Source: Eledone cirrhosa
Taxonomy: Eukaryota
Direction: 5' to 3'
Length of the DNA stretch: 64,000 nucleotides
Assembly (NCBI GenBank): GCA_964016885.1
Contig: OZ024743.1
Coordinates: forward strand, 24,552,001 to 24,616,000
Position numbers and translations under genes: made by a program. Below are positions 14,046-26,508 of the stretch, in pieces. Numbering within the stretch: position 1 is the first letter of the stretch; each line of letters opens with the position of its first letter. A model generated the notes under the pieces. It was not told the origin of the DNA, did no database searches, and saw nothing but the letters and a program-made list of their open reading frames with translations.

Positions 14046-14048
<3 letters not shown>
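13500..14048 (-). mobile_element. Decayed PLE fragment (DKG-motif region) with HHR
   Basis: Minus-strand translation of ~13855-13777 is RHDIVIKPDYKRGVVVK*SAALY, resembling the PLE motif DIVIKPADKGGAVVVW; HHR downstream. Confidence 0.65.
13513..13550 (-). ncRNA. Minimal hammerhead ribozyme (core variant)
   Basis: GTCTT-CTGTTGA-A-GGAC-TAAT-GTCC-GAA-ATGT-T-AAGAC; same family as 7062-7097; A6>U change probably inactivating. Confidence 0.65.
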
Positions 14049-14111
<63 letters not shown>

Positions 14112-14158
14112 AATGAATAATAACAGGTAGACATCATAAAAAGGTAGTTTATTCCGTG

Positions 14159-14270
14159 TGCTTACAAGTGTTTCCACGGTGGTACTGCAGCCTAGTTCCG
14201 CTACGTGCAAATTCACAAGTATTTGCAAAACTCGAATATCCAATGCTGTGACCACTGTTTCCTCAGAGCA
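14159..14270 (-). ncRNA. Type-I hammerhead with ~85-nt stem II
   Basis: TGCT-CTGAGGA-[long hairpin GTGGT/ACCAC, CAGC/GCTG, TGCAAAT/ATTTGCA]-GAA-ACACTTGT-A-AGCA; GUA cleavage triplet. Confidence 0.7.
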
Positions 14271-14763
14271 GAATGGTAAATATACAATGTAAAAACCCTT
14301 AAGTGGGGTTGTTGGGGAAGATAGAGTGGAACAGGAAGAGAGAAAAGTAGGGAAGATGGAGAGAGAAGGAAAGATATGCAGGGGTTGGAGAAGTAGGAGA
14401 GAGTGGCTTGTAGATATCTTAATCAAAATGTTATGGTAGGGGTTTTATTAGTTACTTTTGGAGAGATGCGTAGATAGTTGAGGTCGGAATTATTTATTGC
14501 CCCAGAGGTCAGGTTCATAGATGTTGAGAGGGAGGTAGGTCAAAGGTGAGAGAGAGAGAGTGTAATGGATGTAGAGAGAGATATATAGGTAGAGAGGGGA
14601 CAGATAAAGTATATGTGGTGAGTGAACTTTTGGTTTTGTAGTAGTAATCTAGGAATTGTACTGAGTTACCATGTATAGTGATAAGCAGTGTATTGTCTTG
14701 TAGTGTGGGGGAGAAGAGAAGGTTGTTAGCTAGAAAGTGGTGTTGTAGTTACGGGTTCGAATG

Positions 14764-16420
14764 TTAAGTTATTTTATAGTGAGAGAATTTAGCTTTTAGT
14801 TTGTGGTTGCAGTATAATGATCGTTCAATTCTATCGTTAAGTAGTTTGTTTTTGGATTTTAGTATGTAAAATAGCTCAAGGTTACATAACCTGCAGTACT
14901 TCAAACCACTCCGATATGCATTTGCGCTGGAAAGTATATCCCATTTTAAGGTGAACTGTTGGTTGTGTTCACGGAGTTGCCAGGTCTTGTTGGCGAGCGT
15001 GGTCACAAAACGGTGATTCTGATGTTTGATTGAGAATCGATGACGGTACCAGCGAGATTTAAACGATGTGGTGGTAGATCCGATATAATACCATTTCTGG
15101 TCGTCCGATTCAACCGTGCATTGGTAAACAATGTTGGACTTTAGGCATTCATTCTGCAATGGACATCTTTCAGGTAGATGGCAGTTACATGCTTTGTTGT
15201 GGGTAGCGGGTATACCATGGATAGGTTGTGATAGCGGTACAGGTGGGTTGTGCAATACCCGTCTCCCATTTAGTGGTTGGGAGGCAGATATTGCGTTCTG
15301 CCCATCTGTTACTAAAATGTTTTGTTTTGTAGAGTTGTTTAATTGCCTTAAGTTAAGTTTTTTTATGTATGCTTCAAGGTTTGGTGCCGTGGAGTATGAT
15401 AGTCTAATAGTTTTGGAGTTCAGAATTTTGCTGTACTTATGGGAACTAGGGAAGTGTTTATTGATTAATTTAAAGAATGAAAGAGATAGTTTTGTACTAA
15501 TCGAGGCATTAAAAATAGGATTATACCAGATATACTTTCTACAACGTGATTTATTTGGTGGTGATCTTCTATTATTAGTATGTCTGGTAGTATAGTGTGT
15601 GTGTGCTTGTGTTTTAGTCCCCCGGTTACGTATACCTTGATTACGTGTAGAGCTATGTGTGTTGTGGAAATTACTATCGATGTATTCTATTGTATCCCGG
15701 TGGTCAGCATTCCTTAATGCATTATTGTAGTATTCAGCATGTTCGCTAAAAATATCAGAGTTAGACGATAGGCGAGAGATTCTAAGAGAAATACTCCGGG
15801 GGACTGATTTGATCATGGAGAGTGGGTGGTTAGAGTTAAAGTCAATATACGTAAGGTTCTCATTTACCTTGTGGAAGGGTCGTATCTGTCCGGTATTTAA
15901 ATTAAGAGTTACGTCCAGAAAGTTTACTACCTTAAGATTGTATTCGTATGTTATTTTTAGGCCCAGTTCACTAAAAGATTTTCTAATATTTTTCCGTAGC
16001 CTTTCAAGATTTTGGTTATTCAAGTTATTAACTAATAAGAGCCCGTCATCTCTATATATCCCCGCCTGTAGATTACTAAATCTACTATGTAATATGTGGG
16101 CTATGTAAATTCCCACGAGATCCGTGACCTCCGCCGAGTCGTTGGAACCCATGGTAATATCGAAATTTGTGGGTCTGTCCTTACGTTCCCAGTAGCAGTT
16201 ATCGAACTTAATAATGGTTTTTCTAGCCTCGAGAATAATATTAATTTCGTCCTCCGTTAGGTCGGAATTAGCCTTAGCAAACGATAGGGCCTTACGTAAA
16301 GTGCTTGGTGAGATGGAAGAGTAGTATTCGTCTATGTCAAATTGTATAAACTTAGATTTATTCTTATTCTTAACATTATTAAACCAGCGAATTGCTTCGC
16401 TAGTGTTGCCCCATAATTTA

Positions 16421-16422
<2 letters not shown>
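14764..16422 (-). CDS. PLE RT-GIY-YIG polyprotein (partial; frame open upstream of the Met at 16152 to the truncation point)
   Basis: In-frame IKLWGNTSEAIRWF..QFDIDEYY precedes the 462-aa ORF. Confidence 0.85.
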
Positions 16423-16490
<68 letters not shown>

Positions 16491-16494
<4 letters not shown>

Positions 16495-16556
16495 TAAAAT
16501 AACAGATTAAAGTTTAAGCAAAGAATCGCTGCTTTCACCCTTAACGGGATCTTCTT
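16491..16556 (-). mobile_element. Single arm of the 8.3-kb HHR fold-back family
   Basis: ATTAAAATAACAGATTAAAGTTTAAGCAAAGAATCGCTGCTTTCACCCTTAACGGGATCTTCT identical to 8324-8386. Confidence 0.85.
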
Positions 16557-16562
16557 CTTATT

Positions 16563-16591
<29 letters not shown>

Positions 16592-16594
<3 letters not shown>

Positions 16595-16802
16595 GGAAAA
16601 AGTATGACCCCGACAGCAGAGCTCAAGCCGTTTCGACGGCTATTTCTGGACTCAAAATAGCCGAGTCCAGAAATAGCCGTCGAAACGGCTTGAGCTCTGC
16701 TGTCGGGGTCATACTTTTTCCTATTTCCCACTCTACTACTCTAAGTATTGAGTACTCTGGTGCGTTATGGTCCATTTGGTTCCTTACCACAATTCCTTTG
16801 TT
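16592..16802 (+). mobile_element. Fold-back element with partial HHR and unpaired tail
   Basis: Arms 16592-16653 and 16663-16724; GAA-ACGGC..GCTGT-C-GGGGTC is an HHR 3' half (GUC); tail to 16802; (TA)n flanks. Confidence 0.75.
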
Positions 16803-16831
16803 ATATATATATATATATATATACATGTATA

Positions 16832-16929
16832 TAGGGTGTCCCAAAAATGTGTACATACTTTGATTACCTGTACAGACAATATTTATTAAAATGCTCTTGA
16901 AGTGTGTACACATTTATTGGGACACCGTG
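16832..16929. mobile_element. Tc1/mariner-type MITE (~98 bp)
   Basis: ~29-bp imperfect TIRs (TAGGGTGTCCCAAAAATGTGTACA / TGTACACATTTATTGGGACACCGTG), TA flanks. Confidence 0.75.
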
Positions 16930-17087
16930 TATATATGTATATGTGTGTGTTTGTGTTGTGTGTGTGTATATACACATGTGTTTATGTATATATATATTTA
17001 TGTCTATATATATATATATACACACGTGTATATATATATACATATATACATGTGTTTATATATATATATATACATATATATACATGT

Positions 17088-17130
<43 letters not shown>

Positions 17131-17136
17131 TGTGTT

Positions 17137-17171
<35 letters not shown>

Positions 17172-17187
17172 CCATATATATATACGC

Positions 17188-17242
<55 letters not shown>

Positions 17243-17264
17243 TATATATATATATACGTGTTTA

Positions 17265-17345
<81 letters not shown>

Positions 17346-17618
17346 TATATATACTTTTCGTGTTATTAAATTCATTTGATCCACCACTTCTTACAGTCCA
17401 CACCTGATCAAGCTAACTTAATAAACTGGACAAACAGTTTGATGTGTGTTCCTTAACGCTTTCTCCTTGTTTTGATGTCTCACCGCCAACTCCAAATGTA
17501 TATATTGTCATTGACTGTATCAGTTTGTAACTGTCTTTATTATATTATTATTATATATTCATTCGCACACCCACTTGCCATGAACAAACACCAAACAGAT
17601 TAAACGTACATAGATATA

Positions 17619-17704
<86 letters not shown>

Positions 17705-17748
17705 TGCATATATATATATATATATGCATATATATATATATATATATA

Positions 17749-17824
<76 letters not shown>

Positions 17825-18062
17825 CATATATATATGCATATATATATATATATATGTACAGACATACAAGCCAACATACATACATACATACATTCATAAA
17901 TATATACATACATAAAGACATACATATATACATGCATTCATAAATATATATATACATAAATACATACATGCATGCATACATCCATACATACATAGATACA
18001 TACATGTATACATACATACATGTATACATACATACATACATATATACATACAACATATATAC

Positions 18063-20953
18063 ACACATCTAAAACCACGCACACATCTAAAACCACGCAA
18101 TCAAGATACAAACAGAAAGCCTGAACCAGCGTGGATGCGAAATTTAAAAACCAAAATTTTGTCCCTGAGACGAAGTATCTCACACATCTCAGTCGTTATG
18201 AAATGCAACATAGAGAGCAACTTCACACGACACCAGGAAGACCTAAAGAAAAAGTTAGAGAGACGATTTGGAGATACAAAATTTAAAACTTTGAACTCCA
18301 AATTACACCAGTTGAAACAACAACTCACAGCTACAACAGAAAGACTAAAATATAAGTCAACAGCACATAAACGACAAGTGCTAAATAGATTGTTTGCCAG
18401 AGATCCTAAATCAGTTTATCGCAGCTTCGGTGGCAAAAGCTCAATCCCTGTAAACGACACCCCTTCAAAAGAACAGGTTGAGAGCTACTGGAGATCTGTA
18501 TGGGAAACGGATGACGGATTCAACAGACAAGCTAATTGGCTAAAAGAACTGGAACAGGACTACTGCCAACATGTCCAGACAAAACAATATGACATAGATG
18601 GGTCAATACTGGAAACAGCTCTACAGAAAATGTCGAATAGGAAATCACCAGGCCCAGACCTCATTACAGGATACTGGTTGAAGAATTTCACTTTCTATCG
18701 GCAAGATCTCATACGGCTGTTTACAGAAACCATTGAGGGCACACAAGAACTGCCCAGATGGTTATCAACTGCCACTACTCTCCTCATTCCCAAAAATAGC
18801 CAAACCACCCTTGCTAAAAATTACCGCCCAATTGCCTGCCAAAACATCATGTATAAATTATATACTGGGTGCCTTAACCTGTTCTTACAGGATCACTGTG
18901 CTACCAACAACATCATAACACCTGAGCAAGCTGGTGGAAAGAGGGAGGTGTGGGGTTGCATAGATCACCTACTAACTAACAAAATGATTCAGGAAAAAAC
19001 AACAAAGAATCGCAGAAACATGACTGTCGTGTGGCTGGACTATCAAAAAGCATTTGATAGTGTACCTCATGGGTGGATTATTAAGGCTTTACAGTTAGCT
19101 AAAGTCCCACAACCATTGGTAGCTGCTGTTGAACGCCTGACCAAGAACTGGTACACCAATTTGATCCTTAGAGGTGAGAAGGAGCAGGTTAAGACTGATA
19201 AGATACATTACCAGAAGGGCATCTTTCAGGGTGATAGCTTGTCAGTGCTACTCTTCGTTCTCTCACTGAATCCACTATCTTACCTACTCAGGAAACAAGG
19301 TGGACAAAGAAGTGGGCCCAGCAGTATCTCCCATCTTTTCTTTGTTGATGACCTGAAGTTGTATGGGCCAAATATCAATGACATCAAGAAACAATTGGAC
19401 CTCATTACACAATTTTCAACCGACATCAAAATGAAATTTGGTGAGTCCAAGTGTGCATATTTGTCAGTAAAACGTGGAAGAGCTGTGCCCTCCTCTAGAA
19501 ATCTAGAGATGAACGGCCTGACAATACAACCTCTGCAGTCAGGTGACAACTACAGATATCTTGGACAGGATGAGAATGTCAGATATGATGGACCCATAAA
19601 TAAGGAGAGAACCAGAACTGAATACCTCAGAAGAGTAAAGAAAATATGGTCATCAGAACTGTCAGCATACAACAAATACATTGCCCACAATACTTATGCT
19701 GTGCCAATTCTAACGCCAACATTTGGCCTACTGAACTGGTCATTGCAAGAACTAAGTGAGATGGATGTTAGAACTCGAAAACTTCTCAGTGTTACTGGCA
19801 ACTTTAACATCAATGGTGATGTGGATAGGCTATACTTCTCACGCAAGGAAGGTGGCCGGGGTCTAAAATCAATATTAACAACATATGAGACCCGGATAGT
19901 AACACTGAAGCAACACCTTCAACAGAGGAAAAAGGTTGGCAACCATCTTGCCCAGGTTTATGAGCATGAAAAAAGAAATATCATTAGAATAGCGACTGAT
20001 CTGGAGGAGAGATATGGAATAAAGCCTGATATAAATCTCTCACCCAGAGAAATCGGAAGATCCTATTCGATGTTCAAACAAGATAAGAAAATTGACCAAT
20101 TTACAGAAAAAGTTGTGCATGGATACTTGAGGCGTAAAACACAGACCATGGAGGGGATAAACCACTCAAAAAGCCTGGCATGGAGTTCCGACAAGTTTAT
20201 GACATCACACCTTGAGGGATATCTCTATGCAATACAGGAACAAGAACTCCCTACCAAATATCTGCTGCACAAAAGAGGAGGGCCAGCAGCTGACAATAAA
20301 TGTAGGCTATGTAAAACAAAGATCGAGGATGTAAGCCACATTGTTGCCAGCTGCGAAAGAATGTCATCTCGCTACTACCTCCCCATGAGACACGATGGGA
20401 TAGCTAGAACCATCTGGAACGCACTTCGGAAAACAAAATTAACAACAAACGAGGAAGAATATATTGAGACAGATGGCACTAAGGAATACAGGTGGAACCT
20501 GAAAATAAAAACTGCCACCAAATTAAAGCACAACCGGCCTGATATTGTAGTTTGGGACCACACATTGAAAACGTGTTCTGTTGTGGAGATCAGCTGCCTA
20601 CTTGATGTAAACGTTGTCAGAAAAATACAGGAGAAGGAGGACATCTACGGACCATTGATGAGGAGTTTACAAATCCAGTATCCAAGATACACCTTTAGCT
20701 TCATACCCATCATTATTGGTGCTACGGGTTATATACCAACCCGCTTGGACCAAAGTATGACTGAACTTGGATTTGCGGACAAAAAGCGCAGCTCCCTAAT
20801 TCATAGTCTGCAAATGGCTGCGATAGCTGGCACCTTCAAAATTTGCAAAACATTCTTGCGATTCAAGGGATGACAATTTTTTTTCTTTTACAACCTTGCC
20901 ACCAGGAAGGTGGCCGGTCAAAAAATATGCTCGAAATTAAGAGAAAGAGAAAA
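18063..20953 (+). mobile_element. R4/Dong-clade RLE non-LTR retrotransposon, 5'-truncated
   Basis: Single ORF RT-CCHC-RLE; short 3' UTR ending GAGAAAGAGAAAA; embedded in CATA/TA-rich repeats. Confidence 0.88.
18135..20873 (+). CDS. RT + zinc knuckle + restriction-like endonuclease (912 aa, N-terminally incomplete)
   Basis: KSPGPD, NYRPIAC, WLDYQKAFDSVPH, GIFQGDSLS, HLFFVDDLKL, GGRGL, CRLC..H..C, RPDIVVWD..VEISC. Confidence 0.9.
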   Translation: MRNLKTKILSLRRSISHISVVMKCNIESNFTRHQEDLKKKLERRFGDTKFKTLNSKLHQLKQQLTATTERLKYKSTAHKRQVLNRLFARDPKSVYRSFGGKSSIPVNDTPSKEQVESYWRSVWETDDGFNRQANWLKELEQDYCQHVQTKQYDIDGSILETALQKMSNRKSPGPDLITGYWLKNFTFYRQDLIRLFTETIEGTQELPRWLSTATTLLIPKNSQTTLAKNYRPIACQNIMYKLYTGCLNLFLQDHCATNNIITPEQAGGKREVWGCIDHLLTNKMIQEKTTKNRRNMTVVWLDYQKAFDSVPHGWIIKALQLAKVPQPLVAAVERLTKNWYTNLILRGEKEQVKTDKIHYQKGIFQGDSLSVLLFVLSLNPLSYLLRKQGGQRSGPSSISHLFFVDDLKLYGPNINDIKKQLDLITQFSTDIKMKFGESKCAYLSVKRGRAVPSSRNLEMNGLTIQPLQSGDNYRYLGQDENVRYDGPINKERTRTEYLRRVKKIWSSELSAYNKYIAHNTYAVPILTPTFGLLNWSLQELSEMDVRTRKLLSVTGNFNINGDVDRLYFSRKEGGRGLKSILTTYETRIVTLKQHLQQRKKVGNHLAQVYEHEKRNIIRIATDLEERYGIKPDINLSPREIGRSYSMFKQDKKIDQFTEKVVHGYLRRKTQTMEGINHSKSLAWSSDKFMTSHLEGYLYAIQEQELPTKYLLHKRGGPAADNKCRLCKTKIEDVSHIVASCERMSSRYYLPMRHDGIARTIWNALRKTKLTTNEEEYIETDGTKEYRWNLKIKTATKLKHNRPDIVVWDHTLKTCSVVEISCLLDVNVVRKIQEKEDIYGPLMRSLQIQYPRYTFSFIPIIIGATGYIPTRLDQSMTELGFADKKRSSLIHSLQMAAIAGTFKICKTFLRFKG

Positions 20954-21192
20954 CAACGTACATACAGGCATTCATACTTAGATGCATACATATATAAATA
21001 CTTACCTGCATGTATACATATATATGCCTGCATAATACATATATATACATATATATATATATAGATATATAGAGAGTGAGGGGGGGGGAGATAGATAGCA
21101 TAGATGCATGCAAGCATACGAACATATGTACTAGCATATATTCACACATACATATAAACATACATACATACAGGCATACATACATACATACA

Positions 21193-21652
21193 TGGTGGCT
21201 GCCAACTCCTTTTCGAGTACGGCCACTACTTTATATCCATGTAGGAGAACCCTACCGATGCGCTGAACGAGTGTGACTTTTTAGTCCAGCCAGCGACTTG
21301 AAAACTCTGGTACAAACACTACACTTGTGACAATTATTGACACATAGTGCTGGGCCCATGGTACCATGTGACGACAAGTGCAGAGATCTCCAGATATAAA
21401 GTAATGCCTGTGCCGTGAAGCTTTTATAGTGAGCAAAGGCACTGCACAAAGCCAGTCCCACTCGCTTAACCAAGATGATATTTACCAAAAAGAAGAACAA
21501 GTTAACATCATTGGATACCATCAGGGTTGCAGGTGTTATATCAGAGTTTTCCTTCTCCTAGAATTCTGCCTTGACAAAGGCTAAGGGGTCATCTCTCCCG
21601 GTGATTTTGGATGGCCATTGACTCGTAAGAGCTCCTTTGCCTTTTGACAGGT
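21193..21652 (-). mobile_element. Non-autonomous RTE derivative, 3' part (nt ~147-609)
   Basis: Reverse complement of 22033-22495; encodes the remnant C2H2 HKCSVCTRVFKSLAGLKSHTRSAHR. Confidence 0.9.
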
Positions 21653-21655
21653 ATG

Positions 21656-21730
<75 letters not shown>

Positions 21731-21747
21731 ATATATATATGTATGTG

Positions 21748-21834
<87 letters not shown>

Positions 21835-21886
21835 GTATATATATATATATATGTGTATGTATGTATGTATGTATATATATATATGT

Positions 21887-22492
21887 GTCAGGTCACCAGT
21901 TGGTGCTACTGGTAACATGTATCCCAGTACAACCTGTCCTATGGTCGGGTCGTTGGCGACTAAACTGGCAACCCCACCAAGGTTTCTTAGTGAGGAGGGT
22001 GACTTTGGACATCCTGCAGGAGTAAAAACAAAACCTGTCAAAGGGCAAAGGAGCTCTTAAGAGTCAATGGCCATCCACAATCACCGGGAGAGATGACCCC
22101 TTAGCCTTTGTCAAGGCAGAATTCTAGGAGAAGGAAAACTCTGATATAACACCTGCAACGCTGATGGTATCCAATGATGTTGACTTGTTCTTCTTTTTGG
22201 TAAATATCATCTTGGTTAAGAGAGTGGGACTGGCTTTGTGCAGTGCCTTTGCTCACTATAAAAGCTTCACGGCACAGGCATTACTTTATATCTGGAGATC
22301 TCTCTGCACTTGTCGTCACATGGTACCATGGGCCCAGCACTATGTGTCAATAATTGTCACAAGTGTAGTGTTTGTACCAGAGTTTTCAAGTCGCTGGCTA
22401 GACTAAAAAGTCACACTCGTTCAGCGCATCGGTAGCGGTTCTCCTACATGGATATAAAGTAGTGGCCGTACTCGAAAACGAGTTGGCAGCCA

Positions 22493-22495
<3 letters not shown>
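21887..22495 (+). mobile_element. Full-length ~610-bp non-autonomous (bipartite) RTE derivative
   Basis: RTE-5'UTR-like head (GCTACTGGTA..GGTC..GACTAA, GAGGAGGG, GGAGAAGGAAAACTCTGA), RTE-type C-terminal C2H2 remnant, 3' hairpin ACTCG-AAAA-CGAGT, microsatellite tail. Confidence 0.85.
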
Positions 22496-22540
<45 letters not shown>

Positions 22541-22570
22541 ATGTATGTATGTATGTATATATATATATGT

Positions 22571-23175
22571 GTCAGGTCACCAGTTGGTGCTACTGGTAAC
22601 ATGTTTCCCAGTACAACCTGTCCCATGGTCAGGTCGTTGGCGACTAAACTGGCAACCCCACCAAGGTTTCTTGGTGAGGAGGGTGACTTTGAACATCCTG
22701 CAGGACTAAAAACAAAACCTGTCAAAGGGCAAAGAGCTCTTAAGAGTCAATGGCCATCCAAAATCACCGGGAGAGATGACCCCTTAGCCTTTGTCAAGGC
22801 AGAATTCTAGGAGAAGGAAAACTCTGATATAACACCTGCAACGCAGATGGTATCCAATGATGTTGACTTGTTCTTCTTTTTGGTAAATATCATCTTGGTT
22901 AAGAGAGTGGGACTGGCTTTGTGCAGTGCCTTTGCTCACTATAAAAGCTTCACGGCACAGGCATTACTTTGTATCTGAAGATCTCTCTGCACTTGTCGTC
23001 ACATGGTACCATGGGCCCAGCACTATGTGTCAATAATTGTCACAAGTGTAGTGTTTGCACCAGAGTTTTCAAGTCGCTGGCTGTACTGAAAAGTCACACT
23101 CGTTCAGCGCATCGGTAGGGGTTCTCCTACATGGATATAAAGTAGTGGCGGTACTCGAAAACGAGTTGGCAGCCA

Positions 23176-23178
<3 letters not shown>
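22571..23178 (+). mobile_element. Second full-length RTE derivative, in tandem with the previous copy
   Basis: Near-identical to 21887-22495, including the upstream microsatellite pattern. Confidence 0.9.
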
Positions 23179-23771
<593 letters not shown>

Positions 23772-24202
23772 ATACATACGTACATACATACATACATATG
23801 TACATACATACATAAGTTAGCACATAGATACACAAGTTAGTACATACATACACAAGTTAGTACATAGATACACATGAATACACACATGCATACTGACAAG
23901 CGAAAATCTGTATCATAACTACATATACGTGCATTTGTGTGTATCAGTGTGTGTGTGTGTGTATGTGTATATATCAGTGTGTGTGTGTGTGTACGAACGT
24001 GTGTTTATAAAAGTAATAGCAATTATGATCATCAGATGCCAGACTGTAGTACTTGACGTAGACTAGAGAAACTGCTTGGCGCTCTTCCATGTGGTAACAA
24101 GAGACATGCTGAGCAGATATTGTCTCTCCTTTCAAATATCACTCTGATCGTTCACTGACATCACTTTCTTAAAGCATCTTCCTCCTTTCTATCTTCATTC
24201 AA

Positions 24203-24315
<113 letters not shown>

Positions 24316-24750
24316 CTATCTCTCTATCTCTATCTCTCTATTAATCTAGCTGTCGTCTGTTCTACAGTGTGGATGTAATTCACTTCGCGCAGAAGTTTTG
24401 TTCAAATTTATTGCGGAAATTTTGTGAGTTCAAATTTAATTTTGATACGATTGTGTAGCTTGACCCCCCGTCTGAACTGTCAGGCGGTGGGTCAGCTCAT
24501 CTTTACCCCTCCTAGAGGTGAAAAACCTGTTTTAAAAAATTTTGTGGCAAAAAAAATTTCAATCGTCTAACAGAAATGTTAAACGCAGCGAACGAAAATA
24601 CTGGTGGGGGGACAGCGGTAAGAGTTGTAAGCTCGCACGCTTTAGTCCCCCCCTTCCTTCCCAACTAACTTCATAGAGAAGGAAGGAAAAATTAAAATAA
24701 AAACAGACGAATCTGCGGAGAAAAAAAATGACGAAAACACAAATCTGGAC

Positions 24751-26475
24751 ATGGATTCCAACAACGAAAAAAAAAAATTTGAAAAATTGCATGACAATAC
24801 TAATAACACAAACAAAGACACAACAAACACAAAAATAACATTTGAAAATAACACCATAACAGAAAGCAAAGCAGACGACAAGATTTCATTTGCACAGACA
24901 ACAAAGAAATCTTTGACTTATATACCCGAAAATATTTCAGATGTGGCACGAAGAATCACAGACGCCAAACAATACATAAGTGAAGGAGAGAATGGTATTT
25001 TATCGGTAAAAATGCCTCAAGAATTCACCAAAGACATTGAAAGCCGAACGGTCAAGTTCCGCACCATCAACAACACTTCAAAAAAACCTGAACAGCATTC
25101 TCAAGCAGATATCAAAACAGTACTCACAGAAGTACTTAATGAAACCACTTTCATAAGAAAAGACAGACTGTATGGAAGCCTAGCAATTATCATGAAGAAC
25201 GAATCGGCGGCAAAAAAATGTGCTTTGTCACCGATTCGTTCGAAAAATTTTACCTTTTATCCATCTTATATGGGTAAAAGAACTCAACACATATGGCTGG
25301 ATGCAATGATGCCAGATGTGGACTACTGCTGGCTCATAGCTGGCTTCATCGATCCAGTGAATGACAACGTGATTTCCATTGGGAAAACCACAGGCAATGC
25401 GTTCAGTGGAACAGGTATAGAGCTGGTAGTGCAAATGAAGCCTGAACGCATCGCCCAAATACCCGACAGAATCCTATTAGAGGGCCACGGGTATATAAAC
25501 ATTAGCGTGGAGGGGAGAAGGCCGTCCTGCCATATCTGTGCAGGCAGAGGGCACCTGAAGGCCGCTTGTCCCCAACTCAACAAAAAGAAAACCCTGCTAC
25601 CAACACCAGCTCCACCACCACCACCACAACAGATAAACAAACAACAAAACTCAGTCCCACCCAACCCGTCCCTCAGTAAAACCACACCACCACCACAACA
25701 CAAACAGTCACAACACATTACCCCAAAACAAAATACAGGCCCACCCAACCTCTCACTCAATAAAACAACACAACCACCGCAGACACAACACACAACACAG
25801 TCTAACATATTGACATCCATCTCCCCCACAAAGAAAACCAACACGGAAACATTACCAGCAAACATACCTCTTCCCTCCAACACTGAAGATAACCCAACGA
25901 ATTCGGAGGAAGAAACGGAGTCCTTCAGACAGATTAAAAGGAAAAAAAGAAAACATGTGCAAAACACACAAGGCCAAACAACCCCCACCCAAATCTCAAC
26001 ACAATCCAACAAAACAGAAAACACCCCTCCAGCAACAAACAAAACCAAACCTGCCCCTCCCCTCTTCGAAACACTCACACCATCCGAAAAAAAGACATTA
26101 CACTATACTTACATCAACAGAAACAATAATAAATTAAATGAACTCATAAACAATAATCCTTCGGTACAAACCGAAGGTGTAAACTTTGTTTCTTCAGAAA
26201 ACTACCCACATTTAAAATTAATAAAGATCCCAATGAACCTCTACCAAAAACTAAAAAAGGATTTTAAGGAGGACGTAGGACCACCCTCTGTCAAACCCAT
26301 AAACCGCGTCCTACTAAAAATCTTTCCCCCTCCTCTTCCCCTCCCCAACACAACTCCAAACGCCCCAACCCCACCACACACTGACGACCCCACACCACCA
26401 CAAGACACCCCTTCACCCAACACCCCCGACCCCATGGAAGTCGTGCAACCCGAACCCCGGGAAGCGGAAAGGTAG
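24751..26475 (+). CDS. Tx1 ORF1 nucleic-acid-binding protein (574 aa)
   Basis: CCHC knuckle CHICAGRGHLKAAC, Pro/Thr/Gln-rich tail, basic KRKKRK; ends 33 nt before ORF2. Confidence 0.88.
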   Translation: MDSNNEKKKFEKLHDNTNNTNKDTTNTKITFENNTITESKADDKISFAQTTKKSLTYIPENISDVARRITDAKQYISEGENGILSVKMPQEFTKDIESRTVKFRTINNTSKKPEQHSQADIKTVLTEVLNETTFIRKDRLYGSLAIIMKNESAAKKCALSPIRSKNFTFYPSYMGKRTQHIWLDAMMPDVDYCWLIAGFIDPVNDNVISIGKTTGNAFSGTGIELVVQMKPERIAQIPDRILLEGHGYINISVEGRRPSCHICAGRGHLKAACPQLNKKKTLLPTPAPPPPPQQINKQQNSVPPNPSLSKTTPPPQHKQSQHITPKQNTGPPNLSLNKTTQPPQTQHTTQSNILTSISPTKKTNTETLPANIPLPSNTEDNPTNSEEETESFRQIKRKKRKHVQNTQGQTTPTQISTQSNKTENTPPATNKTKPAPPLFETLTPSEKKTLHYTYINRNNNKLNELINNNPSVQTEGVNFVSSENYPHLKLIKIPMNLYQKLKKDFKEDVGPPSVKPINRVLLKIFPPPLPLPNTTPNAPTPPHTDDPTPPQDTPSPNTPDPMEVVQPEPREAER

Positions 26476-26508
26476 GTCTCTACACTCTCCTTTGGCTCTG
26501 CCGCCCAC

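Larger units (their letters stand above)
14108..16424 (-). mobile_element. Penelope-like element, probably Naiad-type, 5'-truncated, inserted in (TA)n
   Basis: RT motifs QFDIDEYYSSI, FDITMGSNDSAE, YRDDGL, FLDVTL; CNC..CPL..CL linker; GIY-YIG (IVY..YYIG..R); HHR in the 3' region; (TA)n on both sides. Confidence 0.88.

Noticed and set aside
14764-15200. Selenocysteine recoding as reported for some Naiad PLEs
   Set aside because: The ORF has ordinary Cys codons and no in-frame TGA; no SECIS recognised.
16891-18100. Many YI/HT/CV/LS-repeat ORFs throughout the window
   Set aside because: Translations of (TA)n, (CA)n, (TC)n and (CATA)n microsatellites.
22164-22406. Recurrent 80-aa ORF MVSNDVDLFFF (also at 10.7 and 41.0 kb) as a small gene family
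   Set aside because: It recurs only because it lies inside a young repeat; it is broken in other copies, and the meaningful C2H2 remnant is in another frame.
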